A stretch of DNA of 64,000 bases from an uncultured Candidatus Saccharibacteria bacterium (GCA_964416765.1 CAYQEU010000001.1:475168-539167), one strand, 5' to 3'. Numbered from the stretch's first letter, positions 37,824 to 47,434 are shown. A program made the numbers and translations. Notes: a model not told the origin generated them from the sequence alone.

Positions 37824-38972
37824 TTATAAACTATCGTTAAAAGAATACTTTTGAAGTTCGTATACCACGTCTTTTCTTTCGACGATAATCTTCCAGTTTT
37901 TCTTTTTTGCGTACCCCGCCAGCTGGCGGTTCGGGTTAAACGCTATGGGCTGGCCGACAATATTGAATAAAGGGATTTCCGTTTCCGTATCGCCGATGGC
38001 GAAAGATTTTTTAAAATCCGCAACCAGGCCATGTCCCCTCAAATATTTTTTTACCAACTTATCCTTATTTAGGTTCATTTCCTGGTCATTGAGCACCTTG
38101 CCCGTGTATTTTCCGTTTTTGACTTCATATTCCCGGCCGCAGGAGCCATGAAAGCCAAGGTAATCGGCGAATGGCTGAACAATATCAACCGGCGAACCTG
38201 ATACGGCAAAAAGGAAATAGCCGTCTTTTTTTGCTTCCCGGATTAAACGCCTGGTGTATCGGTACAGCCGTCCCCGCTGTTCGATGAGCAGTTGGCCGAT
38301 AGCCGACCTGACATTGTCCACTTTTCGCCCTTTGACGTTCCGGTAAAAAACCTGCACCAGCTTGTTTATAAAATCCTCATAACTCCCCTGCCGGTTTAGC
38401 CACGCTTCGTAGTAGCCGCTGATCTCGGATAAAGTTTTTTTTGGGAATATTTTTTTAGCCACCAAAGCGGACATAAGTTCCAAGACAAGGCTCGACCGGA
38501 AAATAGTCCCGTCGATGTCAAAAATACCAAGCTTAATTGGCTTGCCCGCCGCCGTGATATTAGCGGTCTTAAAATCCCCGGTACGGAAGGGCTTTAGCCG
38601 AACTATTTTTGGCTTTAAGCCGGATTTTGCCAACAATCCGCGGAGCTCTTTTACGTAGGCCTTTTGGTCATAACCTAACGCGATCACATGCGGTGACTCC
38701 GCGACAATGTGCGGCACGTGGTTACCCCGGGCACCCAGCACTGCTTTGTCTACCAACGGGTGCGAGCGCAGCATTTTCAGCCGTTCTGTTTCTTTGTGTC
38801 TTGGGATAAAACCCTTAATCTTCTTTACATTTTCATCACGTGCCACGGAAACAATCAGGCGGGGGTTTTTGGCCAGCTTTCTGGCCTGATGGAACATGTG
38901 TTCGTGGCCACCATGAATAATATCGAAGGTGCCAAACACCATTACCTTATTGTGTTTGTCGGTTTGCTTCAC
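37824..38972 (-). CDS. Fusion protein: N-terminal cytidylyltransferase-like nucleotidyltransferase + C-terminal HAD-IB hydrolase
   Basis: VFGTFDIIHGGHEHMF (HxGH nucleotidyltransferase motif) in first ~140 aa; HAD motif I GIFDIDGTIF and motif IV AIGDTETE in C-terminal ~230 aa. Confidence 0.65.
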   Translation of the reverse strand: MKQTDKHNKVMVFGTFDIIHGGHEHMFHQARKLAKNPRLIVSVARDENVKKIKGFIPRHKETERLKMLRSHPLVDKAVLGARGNHVPHIVAESPHVIALGYDQKAYVKELRGLLAKSGLKPKIVRLKPFRTGDFKTANITAAGKPIKLGIFDIDGTIFRSSLVLELMSALVAKKIFPKKTLSEISGYYEAWLNRQGSYEDFINKLVQVFYRNVKGRKVDNVRSAIGQLLIEQRGRLYRYTRRLIREAKKDGYFLFAVSGSPVDIVQPFADYLGFHGSCGREYEVKNGKYTGKVLNDQEMNLNKDKLVKKYLRGHGLVADFKKSFAIGDTETEIPLFNIVGQPIAFNPNRQLAGYAKKKNWKIIVERKDVVYELQKYSFNDSL

Positions 38973-40465
38973 GCGTCCCCTTTCCGCAAAAATTGCTTGA
39001 CGAAGGTCATGTCATCGGCGCGGAAGAAACCCAATACGAGCAGGGCCGCGCCATATACCGCTACGCCCAGCACAACCAGCGAACCGAGTAACAAGCCTGT
39101 CCCCTTGAGAGTTTCCAGAGAAAACAGATTATCAGCCAAAACTGAAAGTGCCGGTTTAGCCAGCCAGATCAACAAACCCATGACTCCCGCCGCCATGGCC
39201 GGGCGCCAAACAAAAGCCCAAAACTTGTAACGGGTAATCTTTTTTCGCACAAAGTAAAAATAAAATATGCCCTGCAATGTTTCTGATACCACTGTCATAA
39301 TGGCCGCCCCCTGGATCCCGTAACGGGGAAGCAAAATCAAATTTCCGATCAGGTTAACTATGACATTCGCGCAAGTGATGATTACCGCGAATTTGGTTAG
39401 CTGGGAAATTACGAGAGAATTAACCACAATGTAAACAAACAAGATAGCCGGGGCCCAGACCAATATGGCCAATGTCGGCGCCGCCGGCAAGAAGTCTTTT
39501 CCGGCCAATACCAGAACTATCTCTTTGGCCAACAGCATCCCACCGACAGCCATGGGGAGTGCCAAAGCGATGAGGAAACGAAGATACTGCTCCAGAGTTG
39601 AACGGATTTGTGGATAAGCTTTTTTTGCCATGAGTCCGGCGAAAACCGGGTACAGGGAAAAAGAAACGACCGATGGGAAAAAACCTAGGAGGTCAAAAAA
39701 TTTGTACGCCGCCGTGTAGAATCCGGTTGCAGTGTATCCCAAAATTTTTGTGATCAAAACTACGTCAATCCGGTTGTAAACGGTACTGAATCCAACTAAT
39801 AGCGCGAACGGGAGCGCCGCCTTGAAAATCCCCTTCACCAATCCCCAGTCCAAAGATACTACCGCTTTGCCAACATCTGGCTGTGGGATGTGCTTCACCA
39901 CGAACCGGCGATACAACACCAGCCCAACCACCGCGAAAATCACCTGATTGCTGGCGAGGAACACGATCCCCTGGCCAAACCAGATAGTGCAGAAAATAAC
40001 GGCGACGTTGATGAGGGAATTTAGGAAATTAATTAACGCTACTTTGCGGAGGTCATGGAACGAGTTCATGACAGCCAGGAACGGGTAAGTTAAACCGTTT
40101 AACGCGGTTCCCAGCCCGGCAACCAAAATGGCATGGTAGACTTCTGGCTCGTAATTCCCCAGCTTGCCGACAATCGCCATGGCGCAGTAGATGAGAGTGA
40201 CAAGCAAAACCTCTACCGCCAGGAAATTGTGAAAGTATTTTTTGGCGTTATGGGGCTCTTCACTGATTTTCTTGATGATGTACTGCTGAATTCCAAAATC
40301 AACAATGATACCAAAAATGGTCACAAACGAGAGGACAAATTGGTATTGCCCGGAAGAATGCGGCCCGAGGTAGCGGAACAGTTGGGCATACGCCAAAAAC
40401 AGCAGCACTAAGGCTGCTACCCTGGAAAGAGAAAGCCAGAATATGTTTTTGGAGGCTGAAGCCAT
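38969..40465 (-). CDS. Wzx/MOP-superfamily polysaccharide (oligosaccharide) flippase
   Basis: ~12-14 TM helices, length and N-terminal pattern typical of polysaccharide biosynthesis protein family. Confidence 0.6.
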   Translation of the reverse strand: MASASKNIFWLSLSRVAALVLLFLAYAQLFRYLGPHSSGQYQFVLSFVTIFGIIVDFGIQQYIIKKISEEPHNAKKYFHNFLAVEVLLVTLIYCAMAIVGKLGNYEPEVYHAILVAGLGTALNGLTYPFLAVMNSFHDLRKVALINFLNSLINVAVIFCTIWFGQGIVFLASNQVIFAVVGLVLYRRFVVKHIPQPDVGKAVVSLDWGLVKGIFKAALPFALLVGFSTVYNRIDVVLITKILGYTATGFYTAAYKFFDLLGFFPSVVSFSLYPVFAGLMAKKAYPQIRSTLEQYLRFLIALALPMAVGGMLLAKEIVLVLAGKDFLPAAPTLAILVWAPAILFVYIVVNSLVISQLTKFAVIITCANVIVNLIGNLILLPRYGIQGAAIMTVVSETLQGIFYFYFVRKKITRYKFWAFVWRPAMAAGVMGLLIWLAKPALSVLADNLFSLETLKGTGLLLGSLVVLGVAVYGAALLVLGFFRADDMTFVKQFLRKGDA

Positions 40466-40472
40466 CGGCTAA

Positions 40473-42152
40473 CTAGGAGCTAACAATCGCGCCTTTCGGG
40501 TACGCGTCAATTTCCGATTGGGAGAATAAGATAATGCTAGCTGGTTTGACCTTGCGGTTCTGGAAAGCGGTAAAGGTCATCGGCCGGACCTGTCCGCCGA
40601 GGATAATGTACACGGTCGGGTCGGTACGGCTCTTAATCACGGTATTATCGGTTGGCAACGCCAAGCCGCCATCAGGGAAACCGGCAACATCCTGGTCAGA
40701 CAAGACAATGATATTTTTGAATGACAGAGCGCGGTTGGCGAATACCTGCGCGGTCAGGCCGTGTTTTACCCCGTCCTGGAGCAGATACACGGTTTGGCTC
40801 GAAGAAGACTTTATCAAGCTGCCGCTGAGCGGGGTTACCAATCCATTCTTGGTGTAAGTATCGATTTCCGAATCGGGCACGATCTGCATTTTGGCAGCGG
40901 CGTTATACTGCGCGAAGCTTAACGGAGTAAACAGTTTTAAAGTACCGCCCTCTACCAAGTAAACAGCGGGGTTCTTTTGTCCACGAATTACACTTCCTTC
41001 GCTTGGTGTCAGCAGGTTACCAGCGGGGAAGATGTTGGCATCAGATTCGCTAACGGTAATGGCGCTTGAAGCATTCAATTTGCGCTGGGACAGGACAAAA
41101 CTGGATACCGGATGGCGAATGTTGTTTTCGAATACGAATAGCTGGCCGTTAACGCTGATTACAGTATTATCCGGCAAACCGTACGTGCCTCCGTCAGGAT
41201 AAGTCTGTATTTCGGTGGATGAAGCCACCTGCGCCGTATTCGGATCAAGATGGCGGGCTTGGGCCACGAAATTCGGCACTACTTGGCGCGTGCCATTCTG
41301 GATAACATAGAGGTTGCCATCGCCGCTAACCCTTATCAGAGTCCCGTTGGCAAAACGGAACCAAGAATTGAAGAACCGCCAGAAATTATAGTTACCGTTG
41401 AACACGTGTGGAGTATAACGGTAGAGGGCCGCGGTTGCCGCATTGCCCAAAGTAACGTTCTGCTGGGCCGCGACACCGTTGTAGCCGCCCAAAGTATTAT
41501 CGAGCACTATAGTATCGCCCACCTTGGAAGCGCCGCCGTTGTAAAACGGCCCGCGTCCTCCGGGGATGGTAAACGAACGCATCAACGATTTTGGAGCGCC
41601 CAAATAGCGGCTGCCCGATTCATCTAGCCCACCGAATAGCTGGTAGTAAAATCCGCGATAGATGTCGCCACAAGCGCTGCTATCCGGACAGCCGAAGCCG
41701 AGGGAAAAGTCCAAAGCGCGCTGCAAACGGGAGGGGTCAGAAAAAGTACCAGTGATCAGGCTCTGCTCTTTGTTCAAAGTAACCAGCATGACCTGCGGGT
41801 TAATGCCCGCTGCCTGTGACGCGTCCCAAATGAGCTGCGCGGCGGTACGGATTTGCGGCAGGTTCGGTTCCGGGTCTTCCAGTGTCTGTTTGACTGAGAC
41901 TTCCTGCGGTTCTTTGAGCTGGACTAAAAAGTCAGGCGAAGTATTGGCCAGGACGCTTCCTTTGCTGACCAGAAATTTTTGGATACCGTCAGCGCCGCCA
42001 AAAGTGCGGGTATCGGAAAAGGCCGCGTCGGAGATGAGGATGTTTGGGTTAAAGTTTGAATCCACGTCCGCCTGGGCGTGTACGGCTGCTGGCGTAAAAA
42101 TGCTTAAGCTAAAAATGAGAAGGGCTGCAAAGGTAACAAGTTTTTGTTTCAT
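40473..42152 (-). CDS. Secreted protein with N-terminal domain of unknown function and four ~65-aa C-terminal repeat modules
   Basis: Signal peptide MKQKLVTFAALLIFSLSIFTPAAVHA; repeats of form NLYVIQNGTRQVVPNFV...SSTEIQTYPDGG / PAVYLVEGGTLKLF...DSEIDTYTKNG / QTVYLLQDGVKHGL...SDQDVAGFPDGG / PTVYIILGGQVRPM...SQSEIDAYPKGA. Confidence 0.6.
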   Translation of the reverse strand: MKQKLVTFAALLIFSLSIFTPAAVHAQADVDSNFNPNILISDAAFSDTRTFGGADGIQKFLVSKGSVLANTSPDFLVQLKEPQEVSVKQTLEDPEPNLPQIRTAAQLIWDASQAAGINPQVMLVTLNKEQSLITGTFSDPSRLQRALDFSLGFGCPDSSACGDIYRGFYYQLFGGLDESGSRYLGAPKSLMRSFTIPGGRGPFYNGGASKVGDTIVLDNTLGGYNGVAAQQNVTLGNAATAALYRYTPHVFNGNYNFWRFFNSWFRFANGTLIRVSGDGNLYVIQNGTRQVVPNFVAQARHLDPNTAQVASSTEIQTYPDGGTYGLPDNTVISVNGQLFVFENNIRHPVSSFVLSQRKLNASSAITVSESDANIFPAGNLLTPSEGSVIRGQKNPAVYLVEGGTLKLFTPLSFAQYNAAAKMQIVPDSEIDTYTKNGLVTPLSGSLIKSSSSQTVYLLQDGVKHGLTAQVFANRALSFKNIIVLSDQDVAGFPDGGLALPTDNTVIKSRTDPTVYIILGGQVRPMTFTAFQNRKVKPASIILFSQSEIDAYPKGAIVSS

Positions 42153-42161
42153 GTTTGGTCC

Positions 42162-44042
42162 TTAATTAATGTATGCGTCGCCTTTGGAGAAACTGGCTAT
42201 ATCCTGGTCGGCGACATAAACGACCGGGAAGACCTGCAAACCGCGGCTAACGTAAAAATTATAGTTAATCGGATGCAACACGCCCCCGACAACCCAATAA
42301 ACGGTTGGGTTCTTGCCGGTGCGAAGCAATGTCCCTTCCGGCGGGGCAAGGAAGCTTCCAAGCAGCCAGGAGTTAACTTCAGTATAACTTAAAGTATGCA
42401 CATCAGCGAAGTTAAATCCGCGCAGTAAAAATACCTGATAAGTAACAGGAAGTCTCAGACCCTTCGACATGTAATACACAGCCGCGTCGGCATCCAGTTT
42501 GACCAAAGTGCCATCCAGCGGAGTCGCGTAATCCCCTTCCGGAAAGTTATTCAAGTCCGATTGGGCAACGGTTTTTATAGTCGCATTGGGAAAACGCTGT
42601 TCTTTGACGAACGGTGAAATCAAATGTCGCTTACTCCCAGAAATATAATAGTAGGGATCAGAGCTACCCACGCGAACCACGTCGCCTTCGTTGATCTGAA
42701 CAGCGAGCGAAATGTCTGTGGCGAGCGCTTTGGCCGCGTTGATGCGTCCGGCACCAAGCAGTCCCCGGCAGGAACCGCCACCGCACTGGCTGAGGTTAAA
42801 GTCATCAATGTTGTCAGCGCTCGCAATAATGGCGTCGCGGATTTGCGCGTTACTGGCGGAGGGGTTCTTGCTCTTAATCAGCGCCGCTTCGCCGGTCACA
42901 AAAGGAACCGCAAGTGAAGTGCCAGAAGCAAACGCGTAAGCATTGGAAGCGTAGCGCCCGCTGAGCGGATCGTGGTTGATAGTAGACAAAATCTTTTTTC
43001 CCGGAGCGGCCACGTCAACGCAGACTTTTCCGTAATTGGCGAAGTCGGGTTTAATATCGTTCAGGTCAGACGCTGTAACGCCGATAATCATGTTTTGGCC
43101 GTTGTCATCACAAATCGGGAAAACCGGGGTGGTATCCAAATTGCCGCCATTACTGGCCGCGTCGTTCCCAGCTGCCGCGATAATTACCACGTTTTTGTTG
43201 TACGCGTAGCTAATGGCGTTTGCTAAAGTGGTGTCATGCGAAAAGCCAATGCCGCCCAAAGACATATTGATGATATTGGCGCTGTGGTCAGCCGCCCAGA
43301 CAATGCTTTCGGCAACACTTGAAGCAGTTCCTGAACCGCCAGAATCCAACGCCTTAACCGGCATCAAGGTTATCTGCCAGTTGGTGCCCGCAATCCCCTT
43401 GCCGTTGTTCGGCACCGCGGCAATCACACCCGAGACTAAAGTGCCGTGGCCGTTATCATCTGAGTTGATCCCCGTGCTGATCGCGGTATTCCTAATAAAG
43501 TCGTAACCGTCGCGGTATGCTACCCCGCTCAAATCTGAATGGGTTTCATCAATACCCGTGTCGATTACAGCAACGATGTTGGTAAAGCTTCCGGTGGTCT
43601 TGCTCCATGCCGCGGGAAACTTAGCTTTGGCCAAGCCCCACTCATTGTTGGTGTCCATTTCATTGTTGGTGAACCCCGGATCGTTTGGCGTGACCACAGT
43701 GTCGTGCGAATTCACCACCGGGTCAATTTCCAAATAGTCATAATTGGCAGCCAGTTCCTGGCTTAGCTGGGAATATGTTTTGCCCGAATCAAATGAATAA
43801 ACATTCTGGAAAGCCTTGAGCTTGGAAAAGGCAAACTTCTTCTCTATATTAGTGGCGCCGGCTTGGGAAAGTACGGCGGCGTCAGTGGATTTTAGTTTAA
43901 CCACGTAGTGCCCGTTTTCCCCCGCAGCAGAAACAGCGGAGTCCGCGTAACTCAAAGTCGGCGTTGCGCCAAAAGCCAAAACCAGCCCCGTAATAATGAG
44001 GGCTGTGGCGGTGAACCTAAATTTTAAATATGAAGGTAACAT
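42162..44042 (-). CDS. Secreted subtilisin-like serine protease (peptidase S8) with C-terminal repeat modules of the same type as neighbour
   Basis: Signal peptide; catalytic triad motifs VAVIDTGIDETHSDL, HGTLVSGVIAA, GTSLAVPFVTGEAALIKS; C-terminal repeats DPYYYISGSKRHLISPF...SDLNNFPEGD etc. Confidence 0.85.
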   Translation of the reverse strand: MLPSYLKFRFTATALIITGLVLAFGATPTLSYADSAVSAAGENGHYVVKLKSTDAAVLSQAGATNIEKKFAFSKLKAFQNVYSFDSGKTYSQLSQELAANYDYLEIDPVVNSHDTVVTPNDPGFTNNEMDTNNEWGLAKAKFPAAWSKTTGSFTNIVAVIDTGIDETHSDLSGVAYRDGYDFIRNTAISTGINSDDNGHGTLVSGVIAAVPNNGKGIAGTNWQITLMPVKALDSGGSGTASSVAESIVWAADHSANIINMSLGGIGFSHDTTLANAISYAYNKNVVIIAAAGNDAASNGGNLDTTPVFPICDDNGQNMIIGVTASDLNDIKPDFANYGKVCVDVAAPGKKILSTINHDPLSGRYASNAYAFASGTSLAVPFVTGEAALIKSKNPSASNAQIRDAIIASADNIDDFNLSQCGGGSCRGLLGAGRINAAKALATDISLAVQINEGDVVRVGSSDPYYYISGSKRHLISPFVKEQRFPNATIKTVAQSDLNNFPEGDYATPLDGTLVKLDADAAVYYMSKGLRLPVTYQVFLLRGFNFADVHTLSYTEVNSWLLGSFLAPPEGTLLRTGKNPTVYWVVGGVLHPINYNFYVSRGLQVFPVVYVADQDIASFSKGDAYIN

Positions 44043-44762
44043 TTATTTATATTTGCCCATCCAGACGCCAAGGCGAATGCGGAAAAGGTCCACAAACGAC
44101 TCGAGGAAAGCGGTCATGGGAACGTGCCCCCCGCCAAACTCGTTCCACGAAACCCCCACTTCCTTAATCTTGTAGCCATGAGTCCGTGCGATGGCTAGCA
44201 CTTCCATGTCGAACGCCCACCCGAGAATGGTGACCCGCTTGAAAATCTCCAGCGCGGCCTCGCGCTTGAACGCTTTAAAACCCAGCTGAGTATCATAAAT
44301 TCCCGGCAACAACACAAAGCGAATCAACAAGTGGCTCAATTTTCCAAGCACTTGGCGCTTGAAGCTTTGTTTGACTTTAGTCAGGTCAGGATCAAGTTCC
44401 CGCGACCCGATGACTACGTCGTAACCCTGGTCAAAAAATGGGATAAATTTGCTGATTTCGGAAATTGGCGTGGCGTTGTCAGCGTCCATGAACATAATGA
44501 TGTCGCCGGAAGCATTCTCCAAAATTCCCCTTTTCACACTTCGGCCTTTCCCGCCTTCCTTATAGTTAACAGCCTTGGCCTTTTGCACAGTGGAGCTTTC
44601 CAGCTGCTTTACGACGTCATAGGTATGGTCGCTCGTGCCGTTGACCACTACGACAATTTCGTAGTCGAAAGCTTGAGTTTTTAAAAAACTGTCGATATCA
44701 GTGAGGGTTTTCGCGATGCGAAGCTCTTCGTTGTACGCGGGTACAACAACGGAAAGTTTCAT
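44043..44762 (-). CDS. GT2 polyprenyl-phosphate glycosyltransferase (DPM1/GtrB-like)
   Basis: MKLSVVVPAYNEELRI..., DADNATP DxD-type motif; 239 aa soluble GT2. Confidence 0.8.
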   Translation of the reverse strand: MKLSVVVPAYNEELRIAKTLTDIDSFLKTQAFDYEIVVVVNGTSDHTYDVVKQLESSTVQKAKAVNYKEGGKGRSVKRGILENASGDIIMFMDADNATPISEISKFIPFFDQGYDVVIGSRELDPDLTKVKQSFKRQVLGKLSHLLIRFVLLPGIYDTQLGFKAFKREAALEIFKRVTILGWAFDMEVLAIARTHGYKIKEVGVSWNEFGGGHVPMTAFLESFVDLFRIRLGVWMGKYK

Positions 44763-44805
44763 TTTTATATAATTAATGCAGCCCTTAAATAACAGGACTT
44801 CCTTA

Positions 44806-44814
44806 ATTATACCA
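44806..44814 (-). promoter_or_regulatory. Extended -10 element TGGTATAAT upstream of GT2 gene
   Basis: Forward attatacca ~44 nt upstream of start at 44762. Confidence 0.4.
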
Positions 44815-44879
44815 AATCTTCCCGGAACGGGCGATTTGGCGAAACCCTATATTAAAACGGGTCAGCAGGCGTTTTGTTA

Positions 44880-44921
44880 CAAAAAAAGAAGCGCTAACAG
44901 ACCGGGGTCCGAAGCGCTTCT
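44880..44921 (-). terminator. Strong rho-independent terminator after high-GC gene 44995..46170
   Basis: agaagcgct-[gaccggggtc palindrome]-agcgcttct hairpin followed on minus strand by TTTTTTT. Confidence 0.7.
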
Positions 44922-44994
44922 TCATGTTCACCCATCATCTACGTTGCCTGTTGCTGACCATTTCAACGATGAGTAAATTCCATTAAAAGATGAA

Positions 44995-46170
44995 TTAGGG
45001 AGGCGTGATGCGCGGCGGGACGGGAGTGATTTTCTTCAAATTGCCTCCCTTGAACACCTCGTATCCGATAAAGATAGCGACGGGGATAACGAATACCCAC
45101 CAGTGCCCCTTTATCCATTTCCAGAGTCCGCCCTTCTTTTGGTTCTTGAAGAGGGCTTGGAAAGTTACGTCGTGGGTTCCCTGCGCGTTAATGCACGGGT
45201 CAACCTCGACACGCAAATACACCAGTTGCTCCCCGACGATTTCGGGAAGCTTGCTCCGAATTTCCGACATCCAGTCAATTTTCGAGTTCTGCCCGTTGGC
45301 ATCCCCGAACTTGGCTATGACGCCCGCCTTGATGTCGGCGGCAACCTGCTCGACCGTGAAGGTCGGCATTTTGCGGAGTTGGTTAACGTCCTCCATATAG
45401 GGGGCGTTCACCGGCAGCACGTTGCTGCCAACCCGGAAGTAAACACCGGTCGGATTTCCGGGGATGCACTTGCAATCCTCGGTGGGAACCGGCTTCGTGA
45501 TGACCTGACGGTCGGTGATGACCTTACAGCCATCGTCCGTCTCAGTCACCCGAATAGTGTAACCATTGCTATCCGTTTCATCGTGGCTCGTCACCCGCGG
45601 TTGGGTGAGCGGCTTGCACGACGCATCAAAGGTGTAACCGGCGCGGACTTCCCACGTCGCGTTACCGCAGTTGATTGTCATCACGATGGTTTTCGTAATT
45701 TTCACGCGACGAACGGTAATAAGTTCGCCGTGGATATCACGATAACCGCGAGTGATACGGTAGACATAAAGCCTGCCGCTTCTCGAAACGGTCTCAAGGT
45801 CAATGTAGCTTTTCCCGGTTTCAGTCAGGATGTCATCCACAAGGATGTCCTGCTCGTCGTCCTGGGCGGGAGCCACATCTTCTCCCAGCGAACGGTCAAC
45901 CTGAGGGTCGCCGCCAACTTGGAGTTCCGAAGGGTTCCCCACTCGCAGACCGTTGCGCCGCATATAGTCGAGGATTTCTCCCCGGACATTCGGGTTACGG
46001 TAGTAAGCGGGAGTGCCGGGCTTCGCACTCGGCACATACTTCTGGGTTTTCGCCGCGTTGCTGCGGCGGGTTTGCGCGTTCGCCGACTGGATAATCGGCG
46101 TCAGCGGAGCAAATAACATAAGCCATACGGTCGTCGCGATGATGACCGCCTTCATATTGTGTTTCATCAT
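44995..46170 (-). CDS. Hypothetical exported protein with C-terminal TM anchor; markedly higher GC than flanks
   Basis: Signal peptide MMKHNMKAVIIATTVWLMLFAPLTPIIQSANA; C-terminal HWWVFVIPVAIFIGYEVF helix + Pro-rich tail; sampled 60-nt windows ~60-65% GC. Confidence 0.6.
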   Translation of the reverse strand: MMKHNMKAVIIATTVWLMLFAPLTPIIQSANAQTRRSNAAKTQKYVPSAKPGTPAYYRNPNVRGEILDYMRRNGLRVGNPSELQVGGDPQVDRSLGEDVAPAQDDEQDILVDDILTETGKSYIDLETVSRSGRLYVYRITRGYRDIHGELITVRRVKITKTIVMTINCGNATWEVRAGYTFDASCKPLTQPRVTSHDETDSNGYTIRVTETDDGCKVITDRQVITKPVPTEDCKCIPGNPTGVYFRVGSNVLPVNAPYMEDVNQLRKMPTFTVEQVAADIKAGVIAKFGDANGQNSKIDWMSEIRSKLPEIVGEQLVYLRVEVDPCINAQGTHDVTFQALFKNQKKGGLWKWIKGHWWVFVIPVAIFIGYEVFKGGNLKKITPVPPRITPP

Positions 46171-46201
46171 TATCTTTCACCTCTTGTGTATTAGACGGCG
46201 G

Positions 46202-47002
46202 TCACCGTCCATTTTTTCCTATGACCACGCCCTTATCGCTAAGAGCTTCATCAACCGCGTAAGGGAACAGCCAACGCATGTCCCGGTCGCGGTTAGAAAT
46301 TATCGTGTTACGTGCGACGCCCCATGTATTCAGGACATCGTCGTCAACCACCGCGAAAGTCTTCTTCATGTCATACGAGGAATCCTCGTACTTCCTTGAA
46401 AACAGAACTTTCAGGTGTCCGATACGCTCGGAAACCACGATACCCTTCATGTCGTACCACTCTATCTTGATGGATACAGTGATAGGAACGTGTTCGTAAC
46501 GCTGCGCTAACTTGTTCAGGAACTCTTCCTCGTAACGAATTACTTGGTAGTCCCGTTCCCGGTCAACGCCGCCCTTGTATTGGGCGCCGGAGTCAATGAC
46601 CCGGCGAACCCAGTTCGGAAGCTTGGGAACGCTCCACGCGACTTGGTTTGCCACGTTTTGCATCTGCTGCTTCTTTTCGATGTCCACGCGCGCTCGCGCG
46701 ATGTTGTTTTGGGCGACGCGCACTTTGGCTAACGCTTCCGCGTCATCCACCCAGTACGCGTTTCCGTAGAATGCCTCACCGGTAACAACGATGCGCCGCG
46801 TGCGGCGGCTATCGTTCTCGTCAACCAGTTCGACGCCATAAGCCTCTTTGAGTTTCTGGGCGATGACCAGCCGTGCGCCGGTCGAGTCGTCACGGAAACC
46901 CTGAAGTTCCAAGCTCGCGTAAGTCGTTTTGGACTGCGCGAAGCTGGGAACAAAAGAAGCAACGATAATTGCGATTGCCAATATGGCTTTAACTTTGTTC
47001 AT
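46202..47002 (-). CDS. Hypothetical secreted protein (start at internal Met giving signal peptide)
   Basis: MNKVKAILAIAIIVASFVPSFAQS signal peptide from Met21 of ORF-track ORF; co-oriented 31 nt upstream of 44995 gene. Confidence 0.55.
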   Translation of the reverse strand: MNKVKAILAIAIIVASFVPSFAQSKTTYASLELQGFRDDSTGARLVIAQKLKEAYGVELVDENDSRRTRRIVVTGEAFYGNAYWVDDAEALAKVRVAQNNIARARVDIEKKQQMQNVANQVAWSVPKLPNWVRRVIDSGAQYKGGVDRERDYQVIRYEEEFLNKLAQRYEHVPITVSIKIEWYDMKGIVVSERIGHLKVLFSRKYEDSSYDMKKTFAVVDDDVLNTWGVARNTIISNRDRDMRWLFPYAVDEALSDKGVVIGKNGR

Positions 47003-47257
47003 CTTTTGTGTCCTCCAACACGTGATTAGTCCCAGCTTCGACCAATCTTTTTCAAAGAGCATTTAGCTCTGAACCTGAAACGCTTAGCTGTTAGCGTTTA
47101 TATCTTGCGTGCCGTGAGCTCTCGCTCGCGGCCCACTAACGAGCAGGCCGCGGCGGAATGCCGGGCACATTCCTATCCATTTCGCGCTTTTGCTCAGCGA
47201 AATGGGTAAAAATCTACCCGAAACTCCCAAAATTTCCCTTATTCAATTTGACCTCAT

Positions 47258-47286
47258 ATTATATCACTTTTCTACACATTTGTCAA
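47258..47286 (-). promoter_or_regulatory. Near-consensus sigma70-type promoter TTGACA-N17-TGaTATAAT on minus strand, ~190-250 nt upstream of the secreted-protein gene pair
   Basis: Reverse complement of 47258-47286 reads TTGACAaatgtgtagaaaagtgaTATAAT; exact -35 and -10 hexamers, 17-nt spacer, extended TG. Confidence 0.5.
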
Positions 47287-47340
47287 TACTATGATTTAGG
47301 GCCTAAATAGGCCCAAAATTCGTAAAATATCAATATACTT

Positions 47341-47377
47341 AACGAAAAGGGATTCCCATAACCAGTATAGGAATCCC
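47341..47377 (-). terminator. Rho-independent terminator after sortase gene
   Basis: gggattcc-13nt loop-ggaatccc followed on minus strand by ttttcgtt. Confidence 0.5.
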
Positions 47378-47434
47378 ATATTATAGCTGAAGTTGCGGCT
47401 CGACCCAATGCCAAGATAGGCTTGGTAGATAGGC

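Noticed and set aside
47380-47391. aGcTATAAT-like -10 between the sortase stop and its terminator hairpin
   Set aside because: It lies upstream of a terminator on the same strand, so it is unlikely to be a productive promoter. The consensus promoter at 47258-47286 explains expression of the downstream pair
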